Positions 39,402-48,880 of a stretch of DNA of 64,000 nt are shown here, piece after piece; position 1 is the stretch's first letter; every line of letters starts with the position of its first letter. Below the pieces are notes generated by a model. It worked only from the letters and a program-made list of their open reading frames with translations, was not told the DNA's origin and made no database searches. Source of the stretch: Bacteroidales bacterium. GTDB lineage: Bacteria > Bacteroidota > Bacteroidia > Bacteroidales > UBA10428. The translations under genes were made by a program, and so were the position numbers. The stretch spans positions 15,457 to 79,456 of the forward strand of contig JAFGEO010000118.1 of NCBI GenBank assembly GCA_016931575.1, written 5' to 3'.

Positions 39402-39647
39402 TGAAATTGCGTTTAATTTGTATATTCCGGTCGTCTAACTAGTTGAAAATCAATACATGTAAAATACTACATACCTAATCGAAATGTATAAAGAATACCT
39501 ACCCGGCTAGCTTTGCAAATAGTTATGATATGTTTAAATTTTCGTTAAATTGCCCGGTAATAGTCGGTTGGGAATATAACTTTCCGAAGTAGAAACCACT
39601 GACAATTGAATTATTTATTTGTATATTGCTGACTGGTAATTAGTTTA

Positions 39648-40343
39648 ATGGAAAAGGAAAACTACAAGATCCTTATCGTCGATGATGAGAAAGACATATT
39701 GGAATTTCTGAGCTACAATCTGAAGCGTGAGGGATTCTCAATTATACAGGCGGAAGATGGAAAATCTGCCATTGATATGACCCAGAAATTTAAACCGCAT
39801 TTGATTCTTCTTGATGTGATGATGCCCGGGATAGACGGGATTGAAACCTGCGAGAAAATCCGGATGATCCCCGGCAACGAGAATACCATCATCGCCTTCC
39901 TGACAGCCAGGGGTGAGGACTATTCACAGGTAGCCGGTTTTGAGGCTGGGGCTGATGATTACATTACAAAACCTATAAAACCCAAGGTACTTATCAGCAG
40001 AATCAATGCCTTGCTGAAGCGGATCCATTGGGTGCCGGAACCCTATGAAGGGGAATCCTCACGCATTGAAATGGGCGACCTTGTGATTGACCGGGAAAAG
40101 TACACGGTGTTTAAAGAGAAAAAAGAAATCATCCTGCCGAAAAAGGAGTTTGAACTGCTCCTGCTACTCTCTTCCCGTCCGGGAAAAGTATTTACACGTG
40201 ATGAGATCTTTGATGTGGTCTGGGATGACAATGTAATTGTCGGTGACCGGACAATCGATGTACACATTCGTAAATTAAGGGAAAAGATAGGAGAGGATTA
40301 TATTAAAACCATCAAGGGAGTAGGCTACAAATTTGCGGAATAA
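39648..40343 (+). CDS. OmpR/PhoB-family response regulator (paralog 1)
   Basis: REC (ILIVDDEKDI...LILLDVMMPGIDG...KP) plus a winged-helix output domain (LPKKEFELLLLL...VFTRDEI...DRTIDVHIRKLREKIG...IKTIKGVGYKF). Confidence 0.88.
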   Translation: MEKENYKILIVDDEKDILEFLSYNLKREGFSIIQAEDGKSAIDMTQKFKPHLILLDVMMPGIDGIETCEKIRMIPGNENTIIAFLTARGEDYSQVAGFEAGADDYITKPIKPKVLISRINALLKRIHWVPEPYEGESSRIEMGDLVIDREKYTVFKEKKEIILPKKEFELLLLLSSRPGKVFTRDEIFDVVWDDNVIVGDRTIDVHIRKLREKIGEDYIKTIKGVGYKFAE

Positions 40344-40587
40344 AGCCTCCATTTAATTTTCTGTCTGTTCTTCACTCAGTTTTTTGATGGGGTTTCACAA
40401 CCTCAACCCCTGCAAATAAGCATTTTCTTAAGGAGTACCTCTGTCAGGAAGGAAATTTTCTGTTATTTCCCATTGGTAATCTATTGTTTTTCACTAACTT
40501 CATTAGAGCTATTCCCGAAAGCCCAGTTAAATAATGATTAAAGAATAGTTAGAATATGTTTTAAAATCAGCCGAAATGAAATGAATT

Positions 40588-40605
40588 TAACATTAATGTA
40601 ACATT
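40588..40605 (+). promoter_or_regulatory. Candidate Pho-box-like operator TAACATT-aatg-TAACATT upstream of the porin gene
   Basis: Perfect 7-bp direct repeat with a 4-bp spacer (11-bp phasing), 60 nt upstream of the porin ATG and 29 nt upstream of a TAttTTCG -7-like box (40635-40642). Confidence 0.55.
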
Positions 40606-40664
40606 AAATTCACCCTAACCTAACTTTCTGCATCTATTTTCGTGGTCAAACAAAAATCAATGTA

Positions 40665-41675
40665 ATGAAAAGAATTACTACACTTATGCTAATTTTCTGT
40701 TTTGTGGCAGGGTATGCACAGAGCGGGGATGAGTTCACACCATCGGGCAGTGCTTATGCCAAGATATTCTTTAACTACCATTCTGATTTCAGTGATGAAT
40801 CAGCATTCGAGGTGGAAAGAGGATATTTCGGATACAAGTACAAGCTTACCAAGGAATTTTCGGCCAACATTCTCCTGGATGTTGGATCCCAGAAACTAAC
40901 GGTAGTTGATTCATCAGGTCTAAAGCTCGATGCAAGTTCAAATACCGAGTTAACTGCATTTCTGAAAAACGCGAACATAAGCTATAAGAAGGGAAACCTA
41001 ACGCTGGATATAGGTGTGATCGGCCTTCAACAGGTATCGGTTTCGGAAAAACACTGGGGACACCGCTATATTTATAAAGCTTTTCAGGATGCAGCCGGTA
41101 TGGCACACACTGCTGACCTTGGGATTATGGCTGCCTATAAATTTGGGGATATGTTTTCTGCTGATCTTACCCTGAGGAATGGCGAAGGCTATAAAACACT
41201 CAGTGTAGATAACAACCTGCTTACCAGTTTGGGATTGACCCTGACTCCGGTTAAGGGATTGACTGTCAGGGCATTTTATGATTATCTAAGTAAAAATGAC
41301 GTAGCCAAGATTACCTTGTCTCATTTTGTTGGATATAGCAATAAGAAAATTACCATTGGGGCAGAACACAATATTCAATTGAATAATGGTAATACTGAGA
41401 ACCATGACCTGAACGGTTTTTCTGTTGCAGCCAGCTATAACATTAATGATAGTTTTGAGTTATTTGGTCGTTTTGACCACATAGGTTCCAATACACTGGC
41501 AACAGAAACGGATCCGTGGAATCTGAGTAAAAATGGAAATTACCTGATTGCCGGTCTGCAATACTCTCCCATCAAAAACATCCAGTTTGCACTTAACTAC
41601 CGTGGTGATATGCCTGCTGATGATGCTGAAGATATGGGGCATGCAGCATACCTGAATTGCCAGTTTGCATTCTAG
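40665..41675 (+). CDS. Outer-membrane porin (putative phosphate-regulated porin)
   Basis: Signal peptide, alternating beta-strand pattern, C-terminal ...YLNCQFAF, and a position immediately upstream of pstS. Confidence 0.6.
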   Translation: MKRITTLMLIFCFVAGYAQSGDEFTPSGSAYAKIFFNYHSDFSDESAFEVERGYFGYKYKLTKEFSANILLDVGSQKLTVVDSSGLKLDASSNTELTAFLKNANISYKKGNLTLDIGVIGLQQVSVSEKHWGHRYIYKAFQDAAGMAHTADLGIMAAYKFGDMFSADLTLRNGEGYKTLSVDNNLLTSLGLTLTPVKGLTVRAFYDYLSKNDVAKITLSHFVGYSNKKITIGAEHNIQLNNGNTENHDLNGFSVAASYNINDSFELFGRFDHIGSNTLATETDPWNLSKNGNYLIAGLQYSPIKNIQFALNYRGDMPADDAEDMGHAAYLNCQFAF

Positions 41676-41716
41676 CGGAGAGACGATTAATTACGCCTCT
41701 ACTTAGTTATTACAGG

Positions 41717-41744
41717 CACCCTCGTTTTGGGGGTGTTTTTTTTT
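41717..41744 (+). terminator. Intrinsic terminator after the porin gene (CACCC-loop-GGGTG + T9)
   Basis: 5-bp stem (41717-41721 pairs with 41731-41735) followed by nine T. Confidence 0.65.
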
Positions 41745-41953
41745 GCCCGCTTATCTGGTGTTCCGGAATTTATGGCTGAACCTGTCAAAACCAGACTAAT
41801 TTGGACATTCGGTGTCAGAGAGTTTTGCATTCTGCCATTCAGCAAACACCTTTATGTATAGCTATTGATCAGCTGCGACGCGATGTATCGTGTCACTAAA
41901 CGTCCCTTATATCTGGTCGCATAACATTTCCCCCTCAAATATTAATACAAGGT

Positions 41954-41982
41954 TAACAGGCGCATAATATTCAGTTAACACT
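41954..41982 (+). promoter_or_regulatory. Candidate triple Pho-box-like operator TAACAGG-cgca-TAATATT-cagt-TAACACT upstream of pstS
   Basis: Three 7-mers with the same 11-bp phasing as the porin and PiT boxes, ending 44 nt before the pstS ATG. A near-consensus -7 box gATATTTG lies at 41989-41996. Confidence 0.45.
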
Positions 41983-42025
41983 ACGTAGGGATATTTGTGA
42001 CAGCTAATTATAAATTAAGAATGCT

Positions 42026-42949
42026 ATGAAAACTATGTTAAAATTATCTTTTCTCCTGATGGTTGTTTCTCTTGCTTTTACCTCCTGTAAAAAAGATGAG
42101 AAGACCATTAAAATTGATGGTTCCAGTACTGTTTTCCCAATTACTGAAGCAGTTGCTGAAGAATTCAGAAGTGAAATGAGTAATGTCAGGGTAACGATCG
42201 GTATCTCCGGAACCGGTGGGGGTTTTAAAAAATTTGGCCGTGGTGAAACCGATATTTCAGATGCTTCACGCCCAATTAAGCAAAAGGAAATCGACATTTG
42301 TAAAGAGAATAGTATCAGCTATGTAGATCTTACAGTGGCATTTGACGGCCTGGCAGTGATTGTGAATCCTGAGAATACCTGGGTAGATTATTTTACAGTG
42401 GAAGAGCTGAAGAAGATCTGGGAACCTGCTGCTGAAGGAAAAATCGTAAAGTGGAACCAGATCCGTCCTGAGTGGCCTGATCAGGAACTTCAATTGTTCG
42501 GTCCCGGTGTGGCATCCGGAACGTTTGACTACTTCACTGAAGCAGTTGTAGGTGAAAGTGGTTCAAGCCGTGGTGATTTTACCGCCAGTGAGGATGACAA
42601 TGTCCTTGTTCAGGGTGTTGCCACCAGCAAGTATGGACTGGGCTTTTTTGGACTGGCTTACTATGAAGAAAATGCAAACAAGCTGAAACTGGTAGCTGTT
42701 GACGGTGGTGAAGGCCCTGTGAAGCCTTCTATTGAAACTGTAAGCAACGGTACTTACTCTCCACTTTCACGTCCCCTGTTTATTTACCTTAACAGTAAAG
42801 CTGCCAAACGTGAGGAAGTGAAGAAATTTGTATCCTTCTATCTTAAGAATGCTCCGAAACTGTCAAAAGAAGTCGGTTATGTTCCGCTGCCTGCTGAAGA
42901 ATATGCCGTGCAGACAAAGAAGTTTGAAGATTTTCTGAAGAGTTTATAA
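42026..42949 (+). CDS. pstS: Phosphate ABC transporter substrate-binding lipoprotein
   Basis: Lipobox FTSC. The motif [20 protein letters not shown]...[12 protein letters not shown] is typical of the PstS (PBP-like 2) family. Confidence 0.88.
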   Translation: MKTMLKLSFLLMVVSLAFTSCKKDEKTIKIDGSSTVFPITEAVAEEFRSEMSNVRVTIGISGTGGGFKKFGRGETDISDASRPIKQKEIDICKENSISYVDLTVAFDGLAVIVNPENTWVDYFTVEELKKIWEPAAEGKIVKWNQIRPEWPDQELQLFGPGVASGTFDYFTEAVVGESGSSRGDFTASEDDNVLVQGVATSKYGLGFFGLAYYEENANKLKLVAVDGGEGPVKPSIETVSNGTYSPLSRPLFIYLNSKAAKREEVKKFVSFYLKNAPKLSKEVGYVPLPAEEYAVQTKKFEDFLKSL

Positions 42950-42962
42950 GCTTTTAAATTAA

Positions 42963-42990
42963 CAGATAGCGTTCGTCAGGACGCTATCTG
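42963..42990 (+). promoter_or_regulatory. Intercistronic stem-loop between pstS and pstC (10-bp perfect stem, no T-run)
   Basis: CAGATAGCGT-tcgtcagg-ACGCTATCTG. It may act as an mRNA stabiliser or partial terminator that uncouples pstS from pstCAB levels. Confidence 0.5.
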
Positions 42991-43005
42991 CATGCATTAC
43001 GACTG

Positions 43006-43884
43006 ATGATAAGGAAAAAGGAATTTGTAATTGAGAAGTTTCTCCAGCTGAGTGCGATCATTACCATCTTAACAACGATTGGTATCGTACTGGTTCTGAC
43101 AATTGAAGCTTTTAAATTTTTCACTGAGGTTTCCATTATCGACTTTTTCACCAAAACGGATTGGACACCGCTCTTTTCGAAGAAGCAATACGGTATATTA
43201 CCTCTGCTTTCAGGAACTCTGCTGACTTCCTTTATTGCCATCCTGATTGCTTTACCCATCGGGCTGGTGATCGCAATTTACCTGAGTGAATACGCTCCAC
43301 GCAGGGTCAGGAATTTTGTAAAGCCTGCACTCGAACTTCTGGCGGCTGTACCTACTGTTGTGTATGGATTTTTTGCCCTGATGGTTGTCACGCCTTTTCT
43401 GCAAACTATCATTCCGGGTATGTCCGGTTTTAACTCGCTTTCGGCAGGTTTTGTTATGGGGATCATGATCATCCCCATTGTTTCATCCCTGAGCGAAGAT
43501 GCACTGAACGCTGTCCCGATGAGTCTTCGGGAGGCATCCTACGGCATGGGGTCAACGAAATTGCAGACAGCCAGGCGCGTTGTTGTTCCTGCAGCTTCCT
43601 CCGGAATTGTAGTTTCGGTTATCCTGGCAATATCCAGGGCTGTTGGAGAGACAATGATCGTGGCCATTGCAGCCGGGCAGCAGCCCCGGTTAACAATAAA
43701 CCCGCTGGTCCCTGTTGAAACGCTCACTACCTACATCGTGCAGGTAAGTCTGGGCGATGTTGCTCATAATTCCGTGGAATACCGAACCATTTTTGCGGCC
43801 GGAATTACGCTCTTCATGTTTACCTTTGCCCTCAATACGGTCAGCCATTGGCTAAAAAACAAATACCGGGAAAGATATGAGTAG
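43006..43884 (+). CDS. pstC: Phosphate ABC transporter permease
   Basis: Six TM helices and the EAA-like loop EASYGMGSTKLQTARRVVVPAA. Confidence 0.88.
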   Translation: MIRKKEFVIEKFLQLSAIITILTTIGIVLVLTIEAFKFFTEVSIIDFFTKTDWTPLFSKKQYGILPLLSGTLLTSFIAILIALPIGLVIAIYLSEYAPRRVRNFVKPALELLAAVPTVVYGFFALMVVTPFLQTIIPGMSGFNSLSAGFVMGIMIIPIVSSLSEDALNAVPMSLREASYGMGSTKLQTARRVVVPAASSGIVVSVILAISRAVGETMIVAIAAGQQPRLTINPLVPVETLTTYIVQVSLGDVAHNSVEYRTIFAAGITLFMFTFALNTVSHWLKNKYRERYE

Positions 43885-44737
43885 GATCATTAAAATAAAC
43901 CGTTTGAAAAATTCAGGGTTCCAGGTGCTTGGTATCATAGGAACCCTCATCGGCCTGGTGTTGCTGGCGATCTTCATCGGAGATATCCTCATGGACGGTT
44001 TAACCCGTATCGACTGGGATTTCATTACCAGTTTGCCCAGCAGGTTCCCGGAAAAGTCGGGCATCTTTACTGCCATGATGGGATCGATCTGGATCCTCCT
44101 TATGACAGCCATAATTTCTTTTCCAATCGGGATAGGAGCCGGAATATATCTTGAAGAATATGCCACAAAATCCAGGTTATCGAAGATCCTTGAGATCAAC
44201 ATTTCGAATCTGGCGGGTGTACCATCAATAATTTATGGTCTCCTTGGGCTTGAAGTTTTCGTACGCATCCTGCATTTTGGAAGCTCACTGCTTTCAGGAA
44301 GCTTAACGCTTGCTTTATTGATTCTACCGATCATTATTGTGGCAACACGTGAGAGTATAAAAGCCGTACCCCAATCAATCCGTGATGCTTCCTATGCTTT
44401 AGGGGCTTCAAAATGGCAGACTATCCAGCACCAGGTGATACCTGCTTCTTTTGGGGGAATCATGACAGGTGTGATCCTGGCTCTTTCAAGAGCAGTGGGG
44501 GAGGCGGCTCCGCTTATCGTTGTCGGGGCCCTTGCATACGTACCGTTTGCACCCAAAACTCCTATGGATGATTTTTCGGTAATGCCCATCCAGATTTTTA
44601 ACTGGATATCCCGGCCCCAGCACGGTTTTATCGAAAATGCGGCGGCGGCGATAATAATATTGTTGATAATAACTTTCGGGATGAATGCCATTGCAATTTA
44701 TCTCAGAAGCAGATGGCAAAAGAGAATTTCCTGGTAA
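43877..44737 (+). CDS. pstA: Phosphate ABC transporter permease
   Basis: TM protein with the loop DASYALGASKWQTIQHQVIPAS. It overlaps pstC by 8 nt. Confidence 0.88.
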   Translation: MSRIIKINRLKNSGFQVLGIIGTLIGLVLLAIFIGDILMDGLTRIDWDFITSLPSRFPEKSGIFTAMMGSIWILLMTAIISFPIGIGAGIYLEEYATKSRLSKILEINISNLAGVPSIIYGLLGLEVFVRILHFGSSLLSGSLTLALLILPIIIVATRESIKAVPQSIRDASYALGASKWQTIQHQVIPASFGGIMTGVILALSRAVGEAAPLIVVGALAYVPFAPKTPMDDFSVMPIQIFNWISRPQHGFIENAAAAIIILLIITFGMNAIAIYLRSRWQKRISW

Positions 44738-44765
44738 AAGGTGAGAATATTTATTCTTAAATGAT

Positions 44766-45602
44766 ATGATTTCTGTAATGACTAACGAAGAAAATAAAGT
44801 CCTGAATACAAACTTACTGATTCCAAAAACTGATCCTTCAAAGGATAAAGATTACAAGATCAGGACTGAGCATGTAGATGTTTTTTATAAAGATTTTCAG
44901 GCGCTTAAAAATATTAATCTGAAGATCAGACCCTATACCGTAACAGCCCTGATCGGTCCTTCAGGATGTGGCAAGTCAACCTACCTGAGGATCTTCAACC
45001 GCATGAACGATTACATTGAAGGATTTCGTCTGGAAGGTAAAGTATTGGTTGATGATGTGGATCTGTATAAGGATAAAGTTTTGCTGGAGAGGCTAAGGAA
45101 AGATGTGGGCATGGTGTTCCAGAAGCCGAATCCTTTTCCCAAAACGGTCTTCGAAAATGTAGCCTATGGCTTAAAAATCCAGGGTGTAAAGGACAAGCAT
45201 TTTATCCAGGAACGGGTTGAACATGCGCTGAAGCAGGTTGTGTTGTGGAATGAGGTAAAAGACGACCTGAAAAAGAATGCACTTGCCTTATCCGGGGGGC
45301 AGCAACAAAGGCTTTGTATTGCCCGTACCCTGGCGGTTGAACCGAATATTATACTCATGGATGAGCCGACTTCTGCCCTGGACCCGCTCTCTACCGGAAA
45401 AATCGAAGAACTGATCTTTGAACTTAAAAATGAATATACCATACTGATTGTTACCCACAACATGCAACAAGCCGGACGGGTAAGTGACCGGACCGCGTTC
45501 TTTTATTTAGGGGAACTGGTTGAAGAAGGACTGACCAAGGATATTTTCCTGAACCCTAAGAAGGAACGGACCCAAAATTATATCACTGGCCGTTTCGGTT
45601 AA
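44766..45602 (+). CDS. pstB: Phosphate ABC transporter ATP-binding protein
   Basis: Walker [10 protein letters not shown], signature LSGGQQQR, Walker [12 protein letters not shown], and the PstB-type tail [10 protein letters not shown]. Confidence 0.93.
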   Translation: MISVMTNEENKVLNTNLLIPKTDPSKDKDYKIRTEHVDVFYKDFQALKNINLKIRPYTVTALIGPSGCGKSTYLRIFNRMNDYIEGFRLEGKVLVDDVDLYKDKVLLERLRKDVGMVFQKPNPFPKTVFENVAYGLKIQGVKDKHFIQERVEHALKQVVLWNEVKDDLKKNALALSGGQQQRLCIARTLAVEPNIILMDEPTSALDPLSTGKIEELIFELKNEYTILIVTHNMQQAGRVSDRTAFFYLGELVEEGLTKDIFLNPKKERTQNYITGRFG

Positions 45603-45652
45603 TTTTCAGGTATTTTAGTAAATTATGCGAATAAACTTATAGACGGTACAGA

Positions 45653-46360
45653 ATGAAACCACTTGAATATGAAATTGACCGACTGAAGGAGATCTTTTTG
45701 GAAATGGCCGAAATGGTTCGTGATCAGATAGCCCTTACCAAGGAAGCTCTTCTGACCGGTGACGCTGAAGTTGCCGGTGAGGTTATGCGGAAAGAGGGAA
45801 GGGTGAATGCTTACGAACTTACCATCGACAGGGAGTGCGAGGATTTTCTTGCGCTACAGTCGCCTGTTGCGGTAGATCTGCGCCTGGCCATTGCCATATT
45901 GAAAATGTCAGGAAGCCTGGAGCGAGTGGGAGACCATGCATTCAGAATTTCCAGCTTTATCTATGATGATGAATTAAAACTGAAGAAGGACCTTATTACC
46001 CTGTTGCAGCTACCCCTGCTGTTTGATGAAATTGATGAAATGCTGGGACTTGTTCTGGAGGCTTTCGAGAAAGGGGATGCCCAAATTGCCAAAGCGGTCT
46101 TTAAAAAGGATAAACACCTCGATAAAATAAACAAGAAGGTGCCGAAGCTCTTGGAAGAGTACTTTGAAAATACGAAGGCCAGCTTCTCAAACCTGATCTT
46201 GCTTACCCGGGTAGTGGGAAAAATAGAGCGCGCCGGGGATCAGATAAAAAATATGGCGGAAGAGACGATTTTCTACCTCGATTCAAAGGTCATAAAACAT
46301 AAGAAAAAGAATAAACGCATTGTAAAACGCTTCAGCCTTAAAAACCTGGGACCGGAATAG
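45653..46360 (+). CDS. phoU: Phosphate signalling complex protein PhoU
   Basis: Two PhoU repeats with E(R/V)GD(H/Q)xxN motifs (LERVGDHAFRI and IERAGDQIKNMAEE). Confidence 0.88.
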   Translation: MKPLEYEIDRLKEIFLEMAEMVRDQIALTKEALLTGDAEVAGEVMRKEGRVNAYELTIDRECEDFLALQSPVAVDLRLAIAILKMSGSLERVGDHAFRISSFIYDDELKLKKDLITLLQLPLLFDEIDEMLGLVLEAFEKGDAQIAKAVFKKDKHLDKINKKVPKLLEEYFENTKASFSNLILLTRVVGKIERAGDQIKNMAEETIFYLDSKVIKHKKKNKRIVKRFSLKNLGPE

Positions 46361-46379
46361 AAAGCAATTATTTAGGTCT

Positions 46380-46420
46380 AAAAAAAAAGCCTGTTTAAAT
46401 TAAAACAGGCTTTTTTTTTA
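46380..46420. terminator. Bidirectional intrinsic terminator between phoU and the PiT gene
   Basis: A-run - AGCCTGTTT-aaatt-AAACAGGCT - T-run. It could serve both convergent genes. Confidence 0.8.
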
Positions 46421-46428
46421 AAACAATA

Positions 46429-48696
46429 TTAGAAAGTGCTCATTTTGTTAAAACGGTTCTGATTCGAAAAATCACGGAACGATTTATAGATGTTGTTCAC
46501 ATGCAGTATGAGGTTCTTGAGCTCTCCCAGAATATCCATGAAGAGCATATTTGTTCGTGTACTGCTTGGTTCCTTCTTGATGAGTTTAAGGTGTTTTTTC
46601 TGAGCCTTGGTAATTTTTTCCGTCAGCTCGGTAGCTTTACTGATCATTGCCTCTGATAATTTGTAGTTGTTGGCTTTTATTGCCTGGACAACTTCCATAA
46701 CATAGCTGACGGAAGCCTTGTCGATATCCCTTAAAGTCTCAGTCTGTGCAGGATTAAACGGAGAGTGGTTATTGTCAACATGTTTGTATCCGGGACCGAT
46801 AATATGCGTTTCACAATGCATCATCTCCCTGAGGTAATCAATAATCTCAATATAATGATGACTGCTTTCAAAGGACTCTTCTGTCAATTTATGAAGGACA
46901 ACAGGTATCTCCTTTTTGAATGATTTTACAGTTTTATCCAACTCCTTAATTGCCTTGCTGCCTTCTTTCAGTTTTTTTCGTTTCTCCCTGATCAGGGCAT
47001 CTATCGACCTGGACAGGGTAGTGATGCCAAGCTCCAGAACGCTGGATGTGTTGTCCGAGCAATTTTCGTAGATGCTGTCACCATCCATGGTCAGGATGCT
47101 TTTACGTTCTACTTCCCGGTTTTCTTCTTTATCTTTCCTGGTATGTAACGCATGCGTTTTAATAACCAGGAAGATTACAAGGGGTATCAGGACGATCAGT
47201 CCCCATAATTGAGAATAATACAATATGAGTGCGACAACCAGTGCGACAATAAATGCACTGAGGGCAGTGAAGAACCATCCCCCCACAACAGTAACAACCC
47301 CGGAGATGCGGTAAACTGCGCTCTCACGTCCCCAGGCACCATCAGCAAGCGAGGTACCCATGGCAACCATAAACGTCACATAGGTAGTTGAAAGGGGTAA
47401 TTTCATGGAGGTGGCAAAAGCGATCAGAATGCTGGCTACCACCAGGTTAACCGATGCCCTGATCAGGTCGAAGGAGACCCCCGGGTTGTTTTTTACATAT
47501 TCTTTAAAAGGTTTGGGATTGAACCTTTTCTCGATTCTTTTAAGTACGCTTTTTGGGATCACATACTGTACGGCTTTGTTAAGGTGGATGACTTGTCGTA
47601 CGATGGCCCGGGCAAAAATGCTGGACTCAAAGCGTTCGTTAACAGACTCCTGGTCAGACAGGTTAAGCGTGGTTCTTACTACAGATCTTGCTTTTTTACT
47701 TAACCAAAGGGTAATAACCATAATGAGTCCGGCGATCAGCAGGTAAAGGGTCGGTGTTTCGACTTTTCCTGCCAGTGATGACATCAGGAAACTATCCGGG
47801 TTGGCTCCTTCGGCTTCTGAATAGATCCGGAATGATTCAAATCCTGCGAGGGGGACACCGATGAAGTTTACCAGGTCGTTCCCGGCAAATGCCATCGCCA
47901 GGGCGAAAGTTCCGGCAAAAACGATGAACTTAAGAATGTTAAATTTGAAGAGCCAGTAGAGTAGCTGCAGGATTACTGTCCAGGCAACCAGGCTTCCCAG
48001 GAGGATAAGCGTGGTATGGCCTTTTATCCACTCCAGGGTTTCGTCGGTCATAAACGAGGCTCCCTTGGCCCCTTTAATAAGAATAAAATAGGTTATAGAC
48101 GAGATAGCAATACCTCCCCAGATGGCGCCAAAATATTGCATTGTCTTTTTAAAGTTGAACGAGAAGATGATACGTGAAATGTATTGTACCGCCATCCCAA
48201 CTGTAAATGCAACAACTACGGAAAGGAGTATCCCGGCAATGATGGCAAGGGCTTTCCCTGAGTTTATATAGTTATTCATCAGGGAGAAGTCACCACCGTC
48301 TGCCTGTATCATAATGACCGCTATTCCCACTGCAGCACCTAAAAGTTCAAAGACGATAGAAACTGTGGTAGATGTTGGCAGGCCGTAGGTATTGAAGAGA
48401 TCGAGAAGGATGACATCCGTGAGCATAACAGCCAGGAAGATGATCATGATATTTTCAAAAGAGAAGGCTGAAGGATGAAAAATCCCCTTCCGGGCTACCT
48501 CCATCATTCCACCTGAAAAAGTTGCTCCAATCAATACGCCCGCAGCCGCAACGACAAGAATGATCCTTAGCGGTGCAACTTTCGCTCCAATAGCAGAATT
48601 CAGAAAGTTGACAGCATCGTTGCTAACGCCGACAATCAAATCCGAAATAGCAAGGATAAACAGGATAATGACAATTATAAGATATACTTTTTCCAT
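46429..48696 (-). CDS. PiT (PHO4)-family inorganic phosphate transporter with about 240-aa C-terminal PhoU-like cytoplasmic extension
   Basis: The duplicated PiT signature G(V/A)(S/G)ND(A/L)VNF occurs in the N-terminal (GVSNDAVNF) and central (AGNDLVNF) regions, with about 10-12 TM helices. The C-terminal helical region carries SHHYIEIIDYLREM and MLFMDILGELKNLILHVNNI. Confidence 0.8.
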   Translation of the reverse strand: MEKVYLIIVIILFILAISDLIVGVSNDAVNFLNSAIGAKVAPLRIILVVAAAGVLIGATFSGGMMEVARKGIFHPSAFSFENIMIIFLAVMLTDVILLDLFNTYGLPTSTTVSIVFELLGAAVGIAVIMIQADGGDFSLMNNYINSGKALAIIAGILLSVVVAFTVGMAVQYISRIIFSFNFKKTMQYFGAIWGGIAISSITYFILIKGAKGASFMTDETLEWIKGHTTLILLGSLVAWTVILQLLYWLFKFNILKFIVFAGTFALAMAFAGNDLVNFIGVPLAGFESFRIYSEAEGANPDSFLMSSLAGKVETPTLYLLIAGLIMVITLWLSKKARSVVRTTLNLSDQESVNERFESSIFARAIVRQVIHLNKAVQYVIPKSVLKRIEKRFNPKPFKEYVKNNPGVSFDLIRASVNLVVASILIAFATSMKLPLSTTYVTFMVAMGTSLADGAWGRESAVYRISGVVTVVGGWFFTALSAFIVALVVALILYYSQLWGLIVLIPLVIFLVIKTHALHTRKDKEENREVERKSILTMDGDSIYENCSDNTSSVLELGITTLSRSIDALIREKRKKLKEGSKAIKELDKTVKSFKKEIPVVLHKLTEESFESSHHYIEIIDYLREMMHCETHIIGPGYKHVDNNHSPFNPAQTETLRDIDKASVSYVMEVVQAIKANNYKLSEAMISKATELTEKITKAQKKHLKLIKKEPSSTRTNMLFMDILGELKNLILHVNNIYKSFRDFSNQNRFNKMSTF

Positions 48697-48753
48697 AGCT
48701 TAAATATAAATTCAGGACAAAAATAACTTCATCGTCAATGTAATGACCTTTCC

Positions 48754-48771
48754 AATGTTAAGTTAATGTTA
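48754..48771 (-). promoter_or_regulatory. Candidate Pho-box-like operator TAACATT-aact-TAACATT (minus-strand reading) upstream of the PiT gene, in the divergent region shared with response regulator 2
   Basis: The same perfect 7+4+7 repeat as at 40588-40605. It lies 28 nt upstream of a perfect TAttTTTG box (complement of 48718-48725) and 58 nt from the PiT ATG. Confidence 0.55.
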
Positions 48772-48880
48772 AATATCTTTTCTTAAAATTAAAGAAAAAC
48801 TGCCCGGAAATAAAATTCCCTTAATGTTAAAGCACTTTCAGCTTCGTATTTTTATGCTTCAAAAGCTTGAATATTCGTGT

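Noticed and set aside
39402-39647. Searched the TonB-receptor / response-regulator-1 divergent region for the TAACATT operator
   Set aside because: There are no phased repeats, only loose ATACAT-like fragments. I found no evidence that RR1 or the receptor operon carries the box.
40657-40668. The 12-mer TCAATGTAATGA is shared between the porin start region and 48735-48746 near the PiT operator
   Set aside because: It contains a TTACATT-like half-site in inverse orientation but is not in 11-bp register with the perfect boxes. One copy overlaps a start codon. I cannot distinguish chance from function without more genomes.
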